The translations under genes and the position numbers were made by a program. The notes under the pieces were generated by a model. That model did no database searches and had not been told where the DNA came from. It saw nothing but the letters and a program-made list of their open reading frames with translations. From the IMG/VR virus record IMGVR_UViG_3300047470_000520: DNA of 62,326 nucleotides; one strand, 5' to 3'. The stretch is from a virus. Taxonomy: Duplodnaviria > Heunggongvirae > Uroviricota > Caudoviricetes. Shown here one piece after another: positions 45,392 through 54,960 of the stretch. Every line of letters starts with the position of its first letter. Position 1 is the first letter of the stretch.

Positions 45392-45928
45392 ATGCCTGGC
45401 ATCGAAAAAATCTGTGAAATGAGCGGGGAAGGCGGCAGCTATGAGATGTACGCGATCAAGCGTAGCCACATCCAAATCCTGCCTGAACATCGCAAGCGTT
45501 TCCGTGGTGCAAAAGCGGAGTTGGTATTCACCGGAATCGAGGTCAATACCTGCTACTGGAGCCCAAGCGGTAGCTTGTGCACCGTTTGGGATGGTGTGTG
45601 GGATCTGGCTCATGAGTACAATCTCGACGTGCAGGCCTGGTGGAGAGACCGTCAGTACTACGATGATCAGTTCCTGGGCATCGAATACCAGTACGAATTG
45701 CGGGTAAGCGATCAGGCGCTGCAAGGCAAGGTGAAGGGTGTTTACAAAAATTGGTCGATGGACAAAGGAGCGGTGGTTCGCCGTCTCAAACGCATGATTG
45801 GCAGCGGCCTGGTGGTGCGTAACGAGTGCCCGACGAGTCGGGCAGCGATCATCAAAAGCTGGAAAACTGGCAAGGTGGAAGAAGCCAAAGCGCTACTCAA
45901 ACGCTTAGCGGAAAAGGATGCGGAATGA
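45392..45928 (+). CDS. Hypothetical protein, paralog 2 of 2
   Basis: RKRFRGAKAELVF...YELRVSDQALQGKVKGVY. Confidence 0.75.
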   Translation: MPGIEKICEMSGEGGSYEMYAIKRSHIQILPEHRKRFRGAKAELVFTGIEVNTCYWSPSGSLCTVWDGVWDLAHEYNLDVQAWWRDRQYYDDQFLGIEYQYELRVSDQALQGKVKGVYKNWSMDKGAVVRRLKRMIGSGLVVRNECPTSRAAIIKSWKTGKVEEAKALLKRLAEKDAE

Positions 45929-46311
45929 AACATCTGTCTGGATTGATCATCGCGGTGGTAATGGCTGTAAACTTGGCCGGCTGTGCCGATCAAGAGAAAA
46001 AGCCAATGGGGTTCAAATTTTCCAAGGAAGCCACATTGGTGGCAATGGAGCCGATCTCTATTGAGAAGTCGGTAGGCGGCGACTATGTACGTTTCCGTGA
46101 AGTGGATGGCAGTTGCCAATATTCGGGAAAACTCGAAAAAAATGCTGACTCATGGGCCGCTGAGATCGACGAGTCGCAATGCTTTTCTGGGCTCTATGAG
46201 TCTCGCGCACATCGGGTCAAAGCTTTTATTGGGTTGGGGAAATTGAAGGCGGATGTTGCGAAAAACTCGCAAGTGAACGTAGCGTTCGTTCTTTTTGACG
46301 GCTCTTATTGA
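45925..46311 (+). CDS. Lipoprotein, paralog 1 of 2
   Basis: Start MKHLSG (45925), LAGC lipobox, VRFREVDGSCQYSGKL. Confidence 0.8.
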   Translation: MKHLSGLIIAVVMAVNLAGCADQEKKPMGFKFSKEATLVAMEPISIEKSVGGDYVRFREVDGSCQYSGKLEKNADSWAAEIDESQCFSGLYESRAHRVKAFIGLGKLKADVAKNSQVNVAFVLFDGSY

Positions 46312-46375
46312 CCCGGATTTGTCGGGGTCAAAGAGTCCTTGAACCTGTTAAAACACTAGCGGAAAGGGAAAGCGC

Positions 46376-46738
46376 ATGAACCGTGCAGCAGGCTTGATGC
46401 TGGCCTTGATCGTGTCCGGTTGTACCGGCCAGAATAGCCAGCCGCAGTACATCTACAGCAGGGATACTACCTTGGTGGTGATGCATCCCCTCTCGATTAC
46501 CGAAGATAGCAAAGACAGCCGTGTCCGCTTTCGTGATGTCGATGGTCGTTGTCAATATTCTGGAAAATTGGGCACTGACGGTCATGGCGTCTGGTGGGCT
46601 GATATCGACACCGAGTTTTGCTATCCAGACTCCAATAACCCTGGCGTACGCCCCTTCCACGCCATCATTTCCATGGGTCTGTTAAAAGAGGGCGTAGAGC
46701 AAAACACCCAGATCAACGTCCGTTTCAGCACACTCTGA
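46376..46738 (+). CDS. Lipoprotein, paralog 2 of 2
   Basis: VSGC lipobox, VRFRDVDGRCQYSGKL. Confidence 0.8.
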   Translation: MNRAAGLMLALIVSGCTGQNSQPQYIYSRDTTLVVMHPLSITEDSKDSRVRFRDVDGRCQYSGKLGTDGHGVWWADIDTEFCYPDSNNPGVRPFHAIISMGLLKEGVEQNTQINVRFSTL

Positions 46739-46789
46739 TCAAGATCGTTGTGCGTGATCGCCGGCCAATAAACCGGAATCCAGAAAGAC

Positions 46790-46838
46790 AAAAACCCCGC
46801 TGCAGCTGAGTTTGGGGCTCAAGTGCAGCGAGGTTTTT
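46790..46838 (+). terminator. Long hairpin / terminator
   Basis: AAAAACCCCGCTGCAGCTGAG ... CTCAAGTGCAGCGAGGTTTTT imperfect inverted repeat of about 21 bp. Confidence 0.65.
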
Positions 46839-46982
46839 GAACTTTAAACCCACCTGCCAACGTTATCTTCGGAAAAATAAAGAGTCAAGGCATATGTCGT
46901 ATCGCCGTTCATAATGGTTGCAATATACGACAATTAGGATACTCTGAAAGAATACCCTTTAGACAGCACCGAGAGCGCCCTC

Positions 46983-47537
46983 ATGCAAAAAATCCAGACC
47001 CAGTGCCCAGTTGTCGAAGTGACCAGTGAAAAATTTGTCGAGTTCGTCAACGTCGGCGGCGAGCGCCAGGTCATGGAATTCACGCGTGAGGTGTCCTGGG
47101 TGCAGGAGTCGAGCACCGAACTGTTGTTCGTTCATGGGAACCTGGTCATCAAAAAAGGCCCTGAGTACTCCGACTATTACGGCTATATGAAGTCGCTCCA
47201 GCTGGAAGACGCCCGAAGATTTGCTGATGAATACAGCATCACCGACCAAAGCTCGCTGAAGCTGATCGCCAAAACAAAAATCATCAAACGCGCCTATCTG
47301 GAGACCGAAGAGGACAAAGCGGTCAATCTCGGGAGGGGCGTGCGCTCGGCGTTCACCTACAGTTCGATTCCAGAAAAGTGGTTTCAGCGGGGGCCTGAGA
47401 TTGATGAGATTCCCTCATTAATCCATGGCAGAGAGCTCAATCAAGTGCTGGTTTACGAGGATGTCTGGTCGAGCCACAATAGCGACGAAGAAAACCAGAA
47501 GATCATCGAAGCCTTTAAGCAGCACTGGGCCCGCTGA
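46983..47537 (+). CDS. Hypothetical protein
   Basis: 184 aa. Confidence 0.75.
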   Translation: MQKIQTQCPVVEVTSEKFVEFVNVGGERQVMEFTREVSWVQESSTELLFVHGNLVIKKGPEYSDYYGYMKSLQLEDARRFADEYSITDQSSLKLIAKTKIIKRAYLETEEDKAVNLGRGVRSAFTYSSIPEKWFQRGPEIDEIPSLIHGRELNQVLVYEDVWSSHNSDEENQKIIEAFKQHWAR

Positions 47538-47587
47538 ATAAAACTTATACTGCGGCATCAACCATCCAATTCTAGGTAGGGAGTTTC

Positions 47588-47854
47588 ATGTCGGACAGAT
47601 CAAAATCAGGCCTTGCTTTTATGTTCATCGCAATGGTGGCCTGGGTGTTGGGTTATTGGGTGATGAGGGATATCACTGATCAACTTCATTCGGTGATCAA
47701 GGCGCTTCCAGAAGCAGATCCGTCAGTGATTGTCCTTAAACAAGTGATCAAAGAATGCGGGTGGGCAAGGTCTATTATTTTGATGCTTACCACTTTTGTA
47801 TTCGGCGCTGGAGTAGGTTATTACCTGACGGGAAGGAAGCCAGCCCAGGGATAA
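47588..47854 (+). CDS. Small two-TM protein
   Basis: 88 aa, GGGAG RBS. Confidence 0.7.
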   Translation: MSDRSKSGLAFMFIAMVAWVLGYWVMRDITDQLHSVIKALPEADPSVIVLKQVIKECGWARSIILMLTTFVFGAGVGYYLTGRKPAQG

Positions 47855-47871
47855 TTATTACTTCTTGACGA

Positions 47872-47896
47872 AGAGGGCGCTACGGCGCCCTTTTTA
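47872..47896 (+). terminator. Intrinsic terminator
   Basis: AGGGCGC-tacg-GCGCCCT followed by a T run. Confidence 0.8.
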
Positions 47897-48329
47897 TATG
47901 CTTCAGCGCAACACGACGCGCCTCACCCTTCATATATGAATCAAAATTTCAGGAGCAAAGAGCCTATTTGGTTTGGGGCCAAACAAAAGCAGGATCTCGC
48001 AACCTCTCATAATCCTCTTGGCTAACGCACACAACTTTTGCGCCATCATATGGCCAGTGTAAAAGCCTTCCCGGAAAAGCTTTTGATCGAAGCTTTAAAC
48101 CTAAATGTGGACAGATTCTGGGTGTCCATCCATCCATTGTAAGTCGCCACCACCGATATCACTGTGCCGGTATCCATTGATTCCGTCCACAAGGCTTGAA
48201 GTATCCACTCCACTGATCACTCGCTCTTGATCTTCGCTCTACCTGCGATTGGTTTTAGTTTTACCTTTCAAATTTCCGTTTCCATTTGATCGGGCTGCAG
48301 GCCAGACGGATCAAGGGCTCGAGATTGCA

Positions 48330-48920
48330 AATGTGGACACTTACAGGGTCATCTCTGGACACATTGGCGTAGCCGCCATGGACGGCTGTGCGAATTGATC
48401 TGGACGGCCTTGCGAGGAGATCTGGACATATAGAAGGTGCAAATCTGGACAGATTTCGGGTGGATAACTCGTTATCCCTAGACGACTGTGCGATTTGATG
48501 TGGACATCTACCGGTAAATCATCAGCTTAGGGGCGAATGCTAGAAGATTACTCATAACCGAGTTGGCGCTGTTCGTTCGCTAAGAACGGGCCGGCGAGGC
48601 ATTAAAATTGGAAAGCGATCTGCGCCGCCCCTCACCCTGGTCAACCTGCTGTTGATTCTGCTGTGGCGCGCAGCGTGCTGGGGTTTAGATTTCATCTTTA
48701 AAAACCTTTCTATTTGACATGCTCTGCAGGCCACGTTTTATAAGGCTCTCAGGCTTTTCAGGTGGACATCTGTGCGGTCTTAACTGGACACCTGTGCGAG
48801 GCAGTCTGGACGGCTGTGCGAGGAAAGGTGGACAGATACCCGGCGTAAATGTGGACGGATTCCGTGTGGATAACTCAAAACCAATAGACGGCTGTGCGAT
48901 TTGATCTGGACAGATACCTG
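48330..48920 (+). repeat. Replication origin: two iteron clusters (TGGAC core, 22-23 bp period)
   Basis: TGGAC at 48334, 48356, 48379, 48401, 48423, 48446, 48501 and at 48763, 48785, 48807, 48829, 48852, 48907. Many are TGGAC..CTGTGCG; upstream of the Rep gene. Confidence 0.9.
48865..48873 (-). promoter_or_regulatory. DnaA box
   Basis: TGTGGATAA is the reverse complement of TTATCCACA; a one-mismatch copy lies at 48459-48467. Confidence 0.8.
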
Positions 48921-48952
48921 AGCTTCAGACCCTTAGTGCCTGTTTTTCCAGC

Positions 48953-49656
48953 AAATATGGACAGATTCAGGGTGTCTGCGAGGGTGAGTGACCACAAAAC
49001 GCCCAAATCTGGACAGATTCAGGGTGCCTGGTGGGGGTAGCTGGCCCAGAACAGGGCGGTCGAGCTGTAAATGTGGACAGATTCAGGACGGTTTTCTCAC
49101 ACTCGGGCGGGTGGAGTGACCGGTCTGATTGCCAAAAAACCCCGTATTCATTGGGCCAAACGGCAAATATGGACAGATTCAGACCATGCAGTCTGATTTC
49201 CGCCTGGGTCAGTGAGTGAACTAAATACTGATTAGAAACAGTGTCTTAGCCATTAATCCTGATGTTTGGAGTGCGCTAAGTGGTCAAAAAACCACCAAAC
49301 ATGGACAGATTCAGGCCTCAACGCATGGCAAATGTGGACAGATGGGTGACTTCCCGGCGCTTGATTGCTCAAAAAACGCTCAAACATGGACAGAATCAGG
49401 GCTTCAATCGAGTGGTTTGATCACTTATTGAGCAAATATGGACAGATCCAGGGCAAAAAGCGTTTCAGCTAAGGGCAAAGCCCAGCAAATGCTGAGCCTT
49501 GCGGCTCTTTCGCGTGTAAACGGGCTACAAAAACCCGGCTTCGACCCTGTTCCGGCCAAATGTGGACAGATTCCAGTACTCCACTCATCAGTTGGTCGGC
49601 TCCAGAAACCCCGCTGGATCAGCTGTTTGCTCAAAAAACACGCAAATGTGGACGTT
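48953..49656 (+). repeat. Ten dispersed direct repeats AAA(T/C)NTGGACAGATTCAG
   Basis: TGGAC cores at 48958, 49010, 49074, 49170, 49302, 49335, 49387, 49439, 49563, 49649. Confidence 0.9.
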
Positions 49657-49772
49657 TTATGCGACCCATTTGTCGGTTTTCCAGTGACATTCGCCAAATC
49701 CAGTGCTGGTTGCGATTCTTTCGCCTACGATGCCCAGAATTAGAACGGACACACGTTGCAAGGATCACGAAC

Positions 49773-50681
49773 ATGAGCGACTTACAGGTTTACAAATCGA
49801 ATGACCTGATGATGGCCGGCTACAAGCTGAGCGTGGCCGAAAATCGGGTGATTTTGACCTGCATCGCCAAGATCAATCGCAACCCTGAAGCCCAGGTCAC
49901 CGACCAGATCATGTACAACGTGACGGCTAGGGAGTTTGCCGAGCTGTGCGGCATCACCATGAAGGTGGCTTACGCTGAGCTAAAGCAGGCGGTCGACTCG
50001 CTCTTCAAGCGAGAAATCAGCTTCAGCAACGCGGTGCGCAAGCGCAAGACACGCTGGGTGCAGACCGCCGACTACCTCAAGAACGAAGGGCGTATTGAAC
50101 TGCGTTTTGCCACGGACATCCTGCCCTACCTGGTGGCGATCCAGTCCAGCTACACCAAATACAACCTGCGGGCGGTGGTGCGTCTGTCGACGTTCAACTC
50201 CGCCAGGCTCTATGAGCTGATCGTCAAAAGCCGCTTCATGTGCAAAGGCACCGTGTTGTTGACCCTGGATGACATTCGCTTTGCGATGGACATCCCCGAT
50301 GATCAGTACCCAGCCTATGCAGACTTCCGTAAGCGGGTGATTGAGCAAGCCATCAAAGAGGTCAATCGCGCCAGCGACATCAATGTGATCTCTTTTCGCC
50401 CCAAGCGCGACGGCAAGCGGATTGTGGCCATCGAGCTGCGCTACGAAGAGAAACCGAACTTCGGCCTGGATCAAGTGCAGGAAGATCTGCTGCTGGAGCC
50501 AAGCGCGCCAGAGCAAAAACCAAAGCCGAAGGCGCCAGCCAAGCCCCGTGCTGCCGGCAAGCGCACCCCAGCGATCAGCGAAGCGGAGATCGTGGCCCAC
50601 GCCAAGCCAGGAGAGAGCCGCGAACAGGTAATCGCCAGGATCAAAGCCAACTGGAAAGTGATCGAAGCTGAAGTGGCCTGA
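49773..50681 (+). CDS. Plasmid replication initiator, Rep_3 (RepB/RepA) family
   Basis: KSNDL..A.Y.LS..E.R.IL, A...LF.R.I, TRWV....Y...EG.IEL.F, YT.Y.L..V..L...S.RLYEL, Y.DFRKRVI..AI.E.N. Start at ATG 49773 with an AAGGA RBS. Confidence 0.95.
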   Translation: MSDLQVYKSNDLMMAGYKLSVAENRVILTCIAKINRNPEAQVTDQIMYNVTAREFAELCGITMKVAYAELKQAVDSLFKREISFSNAVRKRKTRWVQTADYLKNEGRIELRFATDILPYLVAIQSSYTKYNLRAVVRLSTFNSARLYELIVKSRFMCKGTVLLTLDDIRFAMDIPDDQYPAYADFRKRVIEQAIKEVNRASDINVISFRPKRDGKRIVAIELRYEEKPNFGLDQVQEDLLLEPSAPEQKPKPKAPAKPRAAGKRTPAISEAEIVAHAKPGESREQVIARIKANWKVIEAEVA

Positions 50682-50700
50682 GTGCTGTTAGCCTGACAAG

Positions 50701-50725
50701 AATCCCGCCCGGTGCGGGATTTTTT
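50701..50725 (+). terminator. Intrinsic terminator after rep
   Basis: AATCCCGC-ccggt-GCGGGATT + TTTT. Confidence 0.85.
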
Positions 50726-50868
50726 GTGTCTGGAGAATCAGCTCTTTGGGTGAGTATGAATATTATGTCATTCGCATATTAGCCAATATTTGTTATATCT
50801 TTTATCCATATATTGCTTTATTATTGATTGACATTTTTGCATTACTCCGTTTCTGGTATTTAACTTTC

Positions 50869-51858
50869 ATGACTTTAGATATTGCCGTCCTACTCGTGGC
50901 GGCACTTGTGTATGTATCATTTTCTGCATTGCTGGCGTGTATAGACAGTTCCGTAATGATGGCCGATGAAATTAGACTGGCCATCATGCTTGATATGCCA
51001 CACATCAAAGACAAGACGCGCAAGCGCTTGATCAAGATCGTGGCAAAACGCGATCAGCACATGGCAGCCATGATGGTTTTTTCAGCCATTACCTTTGGGC
51101 TGAGCAACTCCATGCTCGGTGCAATGGCGTATGGGAAAATGGCCGGCCATTGGGTCATGGTCTTTCTCATGGGCCTTACTTACTGCAATCTGGTGTTTGG
51201 CCGTACGCTGCCCAAGCTCTTTGCCCGTGCGCACTATGACAAGGTGTTGATGCACTTTGATTGGTTGGCGCGAGGCATTTACCTGTTGATGACGCCGTTG
51301 GTTTACCTGACCCTGATGTGGGTTGACCTGTTCCACATGAACAACAAGCGCCAGATGACGCTGTCGGAGCTCAAGAGCACGATCAACTACTACCGCAAGG
51401 AAGGGCTGATCGAAACCGCTGAGTCCGAGATGCTGCATAACGTGTTCAGGATCAAGAAATTCACCCTCAGCGACCTGGTGCGCGCCTGCAACATGCCGAC
51501 TGTTGAAAGGGACTCGGATGTCGAAGCCTGCCGGGAGCTCGCATCCAAGTACTTCGGCAAGCAAGTGCTGGTCAAGGAGGCGCAGGAGATTGTCGGCGTG
51601 ATGTACTACCACGACATGGCCGCCAGGCTGATCTCTGGCAAGGGCGGTAAGGTGTCTGAGGTGTGCCGTGCGGTAATCGTGGGTGGCGCTCAGGACAACT
51701 TGCTGGACATCCTGTCACGCATGAAAGAAGAAAAGGTGTCCAAGGTGGTGGTCTTGTCCGAAGACGGCAAGCCATTGGACGTGGTGTCGGCCAAGAGCAT
51801 TTACACCCACATCCTGACCTCTCGCAGTGACTCGCCCAGCCCGAAAGTCTACAGCTGA
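50869..51858 (+). CDS. CNNM (DUF21) + CBS-pair membrane protein (CorB/hemolysin-like)
   Basis: TM region with LVFGRTLPKLFA, EGLIETAESEMLHNVF, C-terminal CBS-like repeats; start at ATG 50869. Confidence 0.8.
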   Translation: MTLDIAVLLVAALVYVSFSALLACIDSSVMMADEIRLAIMLDMPHIKDKTRKRLIKIVAKRDQHMAAMMVFSAITFGLSNSMLGAMAYGKMAGHWVMVFLMGLTYCNLVFGRTLPKLFARAHYDKVLMHFDWLARGIYLLMTPLVYLTLMWVDLFHMNNKRQMTLSELKSTINYYRKEGLIETAESEMLHNVFRIKKFTLSDLVRACNMPTVERDSDVEACRELASKYFGKQVLVKEAQEIVGVMYYHDMAARLISGKGGKVSEVCRAVIVGGAQDNLLDILSRMKEEKVSKVVVLSEDGKPLDVVSAKSIYTHILTSRSDSPSPKVYS

Positions 51859-51873
51859 TCGATCAGCAGGTAC

Positions 51874-51911
51874 AAAAAAGCCACAGGCCGGTCAAGGTGC
51901 TGTGGCTTTTT
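51874..51911. terminator. Bidirectional intrinsic terminator
   Basis: AAAAAAGCCACAG...CTGTGGCTTTTT between convergent genes. Confidence 0.8.
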
Positions 51912-51927
51912 GCTGTACGCACGCGAC

Positions 51928-52119
51928 TTAAGAAACGCGGTTCTGCCAGTCGGCGTCAGTGGCTTTGCCGGTGAGCTGTTGGCCCATGCTGTGGGCTTGC
52001 TCAGGGGTCAGGTAGAGGGGCTTTTCTTGACCCATTACGTTGATCAGCACCATGCCAAGGCCGTTGGTTTCAACGGAAAAGCCATTTTTCGAGCAAGCGT
52101 TGTTTTGGTCAGTCATCAT
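51928..52119 (-). CDS. Small hypothetical protein
   Basis: 63 aa. Confidence 0.5.
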   Translation of the reverse strand: MMTDQNNACSKNGFSVETNGLGMVLINVMGQEKPLYLTPEQAHSMGQQLTGKATDADWQNRVS

Positions 52120-52267
52120 GTCGTCTCATATTTATAGGAATATTGGCTGTAAACCTAAAAATCACACTGTAAACCTGAGTGGTTAACAGCGTGAAAAAGT
52201 GGTTAACAGACGGGCACCACTTCAGTTGCAAAACGGGCCGCATCAAGCAGCCCGTTGTGGTTCATCG

Positions 52268-54223
52268 TTACCGTGCCGGGTGGGTGGCGCAGTTGACCGA
52301 ACGGCTGGCCACGTCGACGAATTCGATCAGCACGTCCAGCTCTTCACCCACAGCAATCAACGGGTGACCGTTGCGCATCAGGGTAAAGCCTTCCGGGGTG
52401 ACGTCATAAACATCGCCGCGACGACCCAGGCTACGGGTAGAGATAAAGCACGATGCACCGGTATCCAGCATCTCTACGCGAGCGCCAGCGGGTAGCACCG
52501 CCACCACCTTGGCCTTGTGAACGCTGCCGACCTTGGTTTCGTACAGGCGCACATACAGGGCTTGCTGAACGTCCTTGGCGGCGCGGTCGGTCGAGACCAT
52601 CCGGTCGTCCAGGTGAGCAATGATGCCATCCGGCATCTCCATGTGTTGGCCGTCGTTGAGCAGCGCTGATTTCAGCGAACGGTGGTTAAGCAGGTCAGAA
52701 GCCTTGCGGATCGGCGAGGTGAACGTCGCGTAACCCTCAAAGCCCAGGGAGAAGTGCGCCCCGTAATGCAAGGAGTGGCACCCACGGGCTTGAAAGCCGC
52801 GCAGCACCAATAACAGCTCTGGGCTCTGCTTGGCTTCGACTTCGCGCATCAGGGCTCGGTAGCCATCGAGCGTGACGATGGCGGTGCTTTCAGCGTGAAT
52901 GCCGTGATGCTTGAGCAATTCGACCAGCTCATCAGCCTTGTCGGCCTTGATGCCGTCATGCCGGCGATAGATGCACGGCAACTGGCGCTCATGCATGTAC
53001 GAGGCGAAGGCGACGTTGGCAGCGACCATGCACTCTTCAACCAGCTTTTGCGAGCGGATCGATTCCGTGCGGCTGACGCTCTTGAGTTCGAACTCTTCCA
53101 CAACAAAGCGGTAGTCAGAATACCCGGAGGAGGTCAGGGCATGCTTGTCACGCCACAGGCCTCGACGGGTGCAGAGCTCGTCAAGCGCTTTGATCGAGTG
53201 GTGATGAACCAGCGCCACGGCGTCCTGATTACCATCCAGAAACTCCTGAACGGCCTCGTAGGTCAATTTGGCGTGCGAGGTCATGATGCCCAGCGAGAAC
53301 GTCGACTCGACGACCTCACCTTCGTTGTTGATGTCCATCACGCAGAACACCGCGTGACGCTCCTGGCCTTCCATCAGTGAAGCGCCTTGTTCGGACAGCA
53401 CCTTGGGTATCATTGGAATGCTGTGGCCAGGCATGTAGGTGGTAAAGCCACGCGCCAGCGCATCCGCTTCGGTTTTGGAGCCTGGAATCAAGAAGCGCTC
53501 AGCGTCAGCGATGGCCACCGTCACACGAATACGACCGTCTTTGAGCATCACTGCGTGCAAGGCATCGTCGATATCGCGGGTGTATTCACCGTCGATGGTC
53601 ACGAAAGGCACGCGGCGATGATCCAGCATCGTTGGATGGTCAGCGTCTTTACTGGTCGTTGGCAGCACGTCATTCATGTCGAAGACCGGAGGCTCAAACG
53701 ACACGTGATGACGGGCGCAGGCGGCACGCCACGGTGCAGAGCGCTCACGCTCGTTAGTCACGATCTCAAGGATCTCGGCATGGGCCGCGCCATCTTCAAA
53801 CGGGTGTTTGATGATGTTGGCGATCACGATATCGCCGTCACGTTCACGGTCACGCTTGATCAGCGGGATGCGAAACCAGATCTTCATGTTCGGGTTTTCG
53901 GGCTCGATGAACGGGTGAGCGCCGCGAAACCGTACGGTGCCCAGGAAGGTGCCGGTCAGTGGGGTAATGATCGATTGAATGATCGCTTCGGTCTTGCCGT
54001 CTTCCTGCTCGAGAATGGACGCGCTCACGCGGTCGCCGGGCAGGCACTTGGACATCTGGGGTGGCGAGATAAAGTACGACTGGCCGTCATCGGCCTGCAG
54101 GAAGCCGTAAGCCTGTCGGGTGCCTCGGGCCAAGCCCTCTACCAGCACGGTTTTGTTGCTGCTGCTGACAGAAGCGGTCATGCCACTTTTGAGCTGCAAC
54201 AAAGCTGGGTTGTTTTTGAACAT
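52268..54223 (-). CDS. rnb: Exoribonuclease II (RNB family)
   Basis: MFKNNPALLQLK N-terminus like enterobacterial RNase II; catalytic TIDGEYTRDIDDAL; HFSLG...YATFTSPIRK; C-terminal S1; 651 aa. Confidence 0.9.
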   Translation of the reverse strand: MFKNNPALLQLKSGMTASVSSSNKTVLVEGLARGTRQAYGFLQADDGQSYFISPPQMSKCLPGDRVSASILEQEDGKTEAIIQSIITPLTGTFLGTVRFRGAHPFIEPENPNMKIWFRIPLIKRDRERDGDIVIANIIKHPFEDGAAHAEILEIVTNERERSAPWRAACARHHVSFEPPVFDMNDVLPTTSKDADHPTMLDHRRVPFVTIDGEYTRDIDDALHAVMLKDGRIRVTVAIADAERFLIPGSKTEADALARGFTTYMPGHSIPMIPKVLSEQGASLMEGQERHAVFCVMDINNEGEVVESTFSLGIMTSHAKLTYEAVQEFLDGNQDAVALVHHHSIKALDELCTRRGLWRDKHALTSSGYSDYRFVVEEFELKSVSRTESIRSQKLVEECMVAANVAFASYMHERQLPCIYRRHDGIKADKADELVELLKHHGIHAESTAIVTLDGYRALMREVEAKQSPELLLVLRGFQARGCHSLHYGAHFSLGFEGYATFTSPIRKASDLLNHRSLKSALLNDGQHMEMPDGIIAHLDDRMVSTDRAAKDVQQALYVRLYETKVGSVHKAKVVAVLPAGARVEMLDTGASCFISTRSLGRRGDVYDVTPEGFTLMRNGHPLIAVGEELDVLIEFVDVASRSVNCATHPAR

Positions 54224-54373
54224 GGAGTCCTCATCTGCCAGCCTTCACCGGCAATTTTAAATTGAGGCTCCATAATTGCGTCAATTCGCAATAAAATCAA
54301 TTCTTGACATGGCAATTAAGCGATAAATATTTTCGCCAAATGCAAGGATCAACCAGGCCAAGCGATTTTGTTC

Positions 54374-54688
54374 TTAAGCGGCCTGCTGCGCAGTCTTGAG
54401 GATCTTGTTCAGTGCCCGGTTGAAGTAAGGCAGTGAGGCCTGAATGGTCGCCAGCGCACGCTGTGCATCGGGGGTTGTGCCGGCCATGCCCTCACTCACC
54501 AGATTCATCAGCTGGCTGAAAATGCCACAGCCTTTCTTGTCCAGTCCGTCGAGATCGACCTGATGGCTCCAGCTCGTAATGTCTTCAGCGATAACGCAGA
54601 TTGTCTGAAGAGGGATGAAGCCCTTCTGCTCGATCCGGTTCTCGATGGTGTCCAGCAGCGTCATGAGCGCTTGTGTAGCCTGTGCCAT
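54374..54688 (-). CDS. Hypothetical helical protein
   Basis: 104 aa, AAGGA RBS. Confidence 0.7.
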   Translation of the reverse strand: MAQATQALMTLLDTIENRIEQKGFIPLQTICVIAEDITSWSHQVDLDGLDKKGCGIFSQLMNLVSEGMAGTTPDAQRALATIQASLPYFNRALNKILKTAQQAA

Positions 54689-54901
54689 GTCTTGATTCCT
54701 TGCGTTAATAATCCAATATTCCTGGCCGTCTTTATATCAAGTCCCATATCCATCGGCAATTGAACAATATTAATAAGTCAGCCAATTGACGTATAGGCAA
54801 GGCTATTGACCTTCTATATCGATGATTGGGTTCGACTCCCGATTATGTCCCAGCACCAAGCGAAAGCAGAGCGCTGTATTTTGAAGCCAAACCCACAGGG
54901 C

Positions 54902-54960
54902 GCTTTTCCAGATCTTCGCTCATCCCGTACAGTGGGGATATGACGAGAAGGGGTGGGGCG
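54902..54960 (+). promoter_or_regulatory. Leader duplicated upstream of both family C genes
   Basis: GCTTTTCC..TCTTCGCTCATCCCGTACAGT..ATGAC..AAGGGGTGG.GCG-ATG is also at about 56568-56624. TTTCC[AC], 17 nt, TACAGT is promoter-like. Confidence 0.65.

Noticed and set aside
48953-49656. CRISPR array interpretation of the TGGACAGATTCAG repeats
   Set aside because: Repeats are short and non-palindromic, spacing is irregular (33-132 bp), no cas genes are present, and they share the iteron core next to rep.
49560-49772. 71 aa N-terminal extension of Rep in the ORF track
   Set aside because: It runs through iteron repeats; Rep_3 homology and an RBS begin at ATG 49773.
54788-54858. tRNA-like GGGTTCGACTCCC T-arm with nearby ACCA
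   Set aside because: Only about 62 nt lie between the putative acceptor strands, leaving no room for D and anticodon arms, and CCA is misplaced. At most a remnant.
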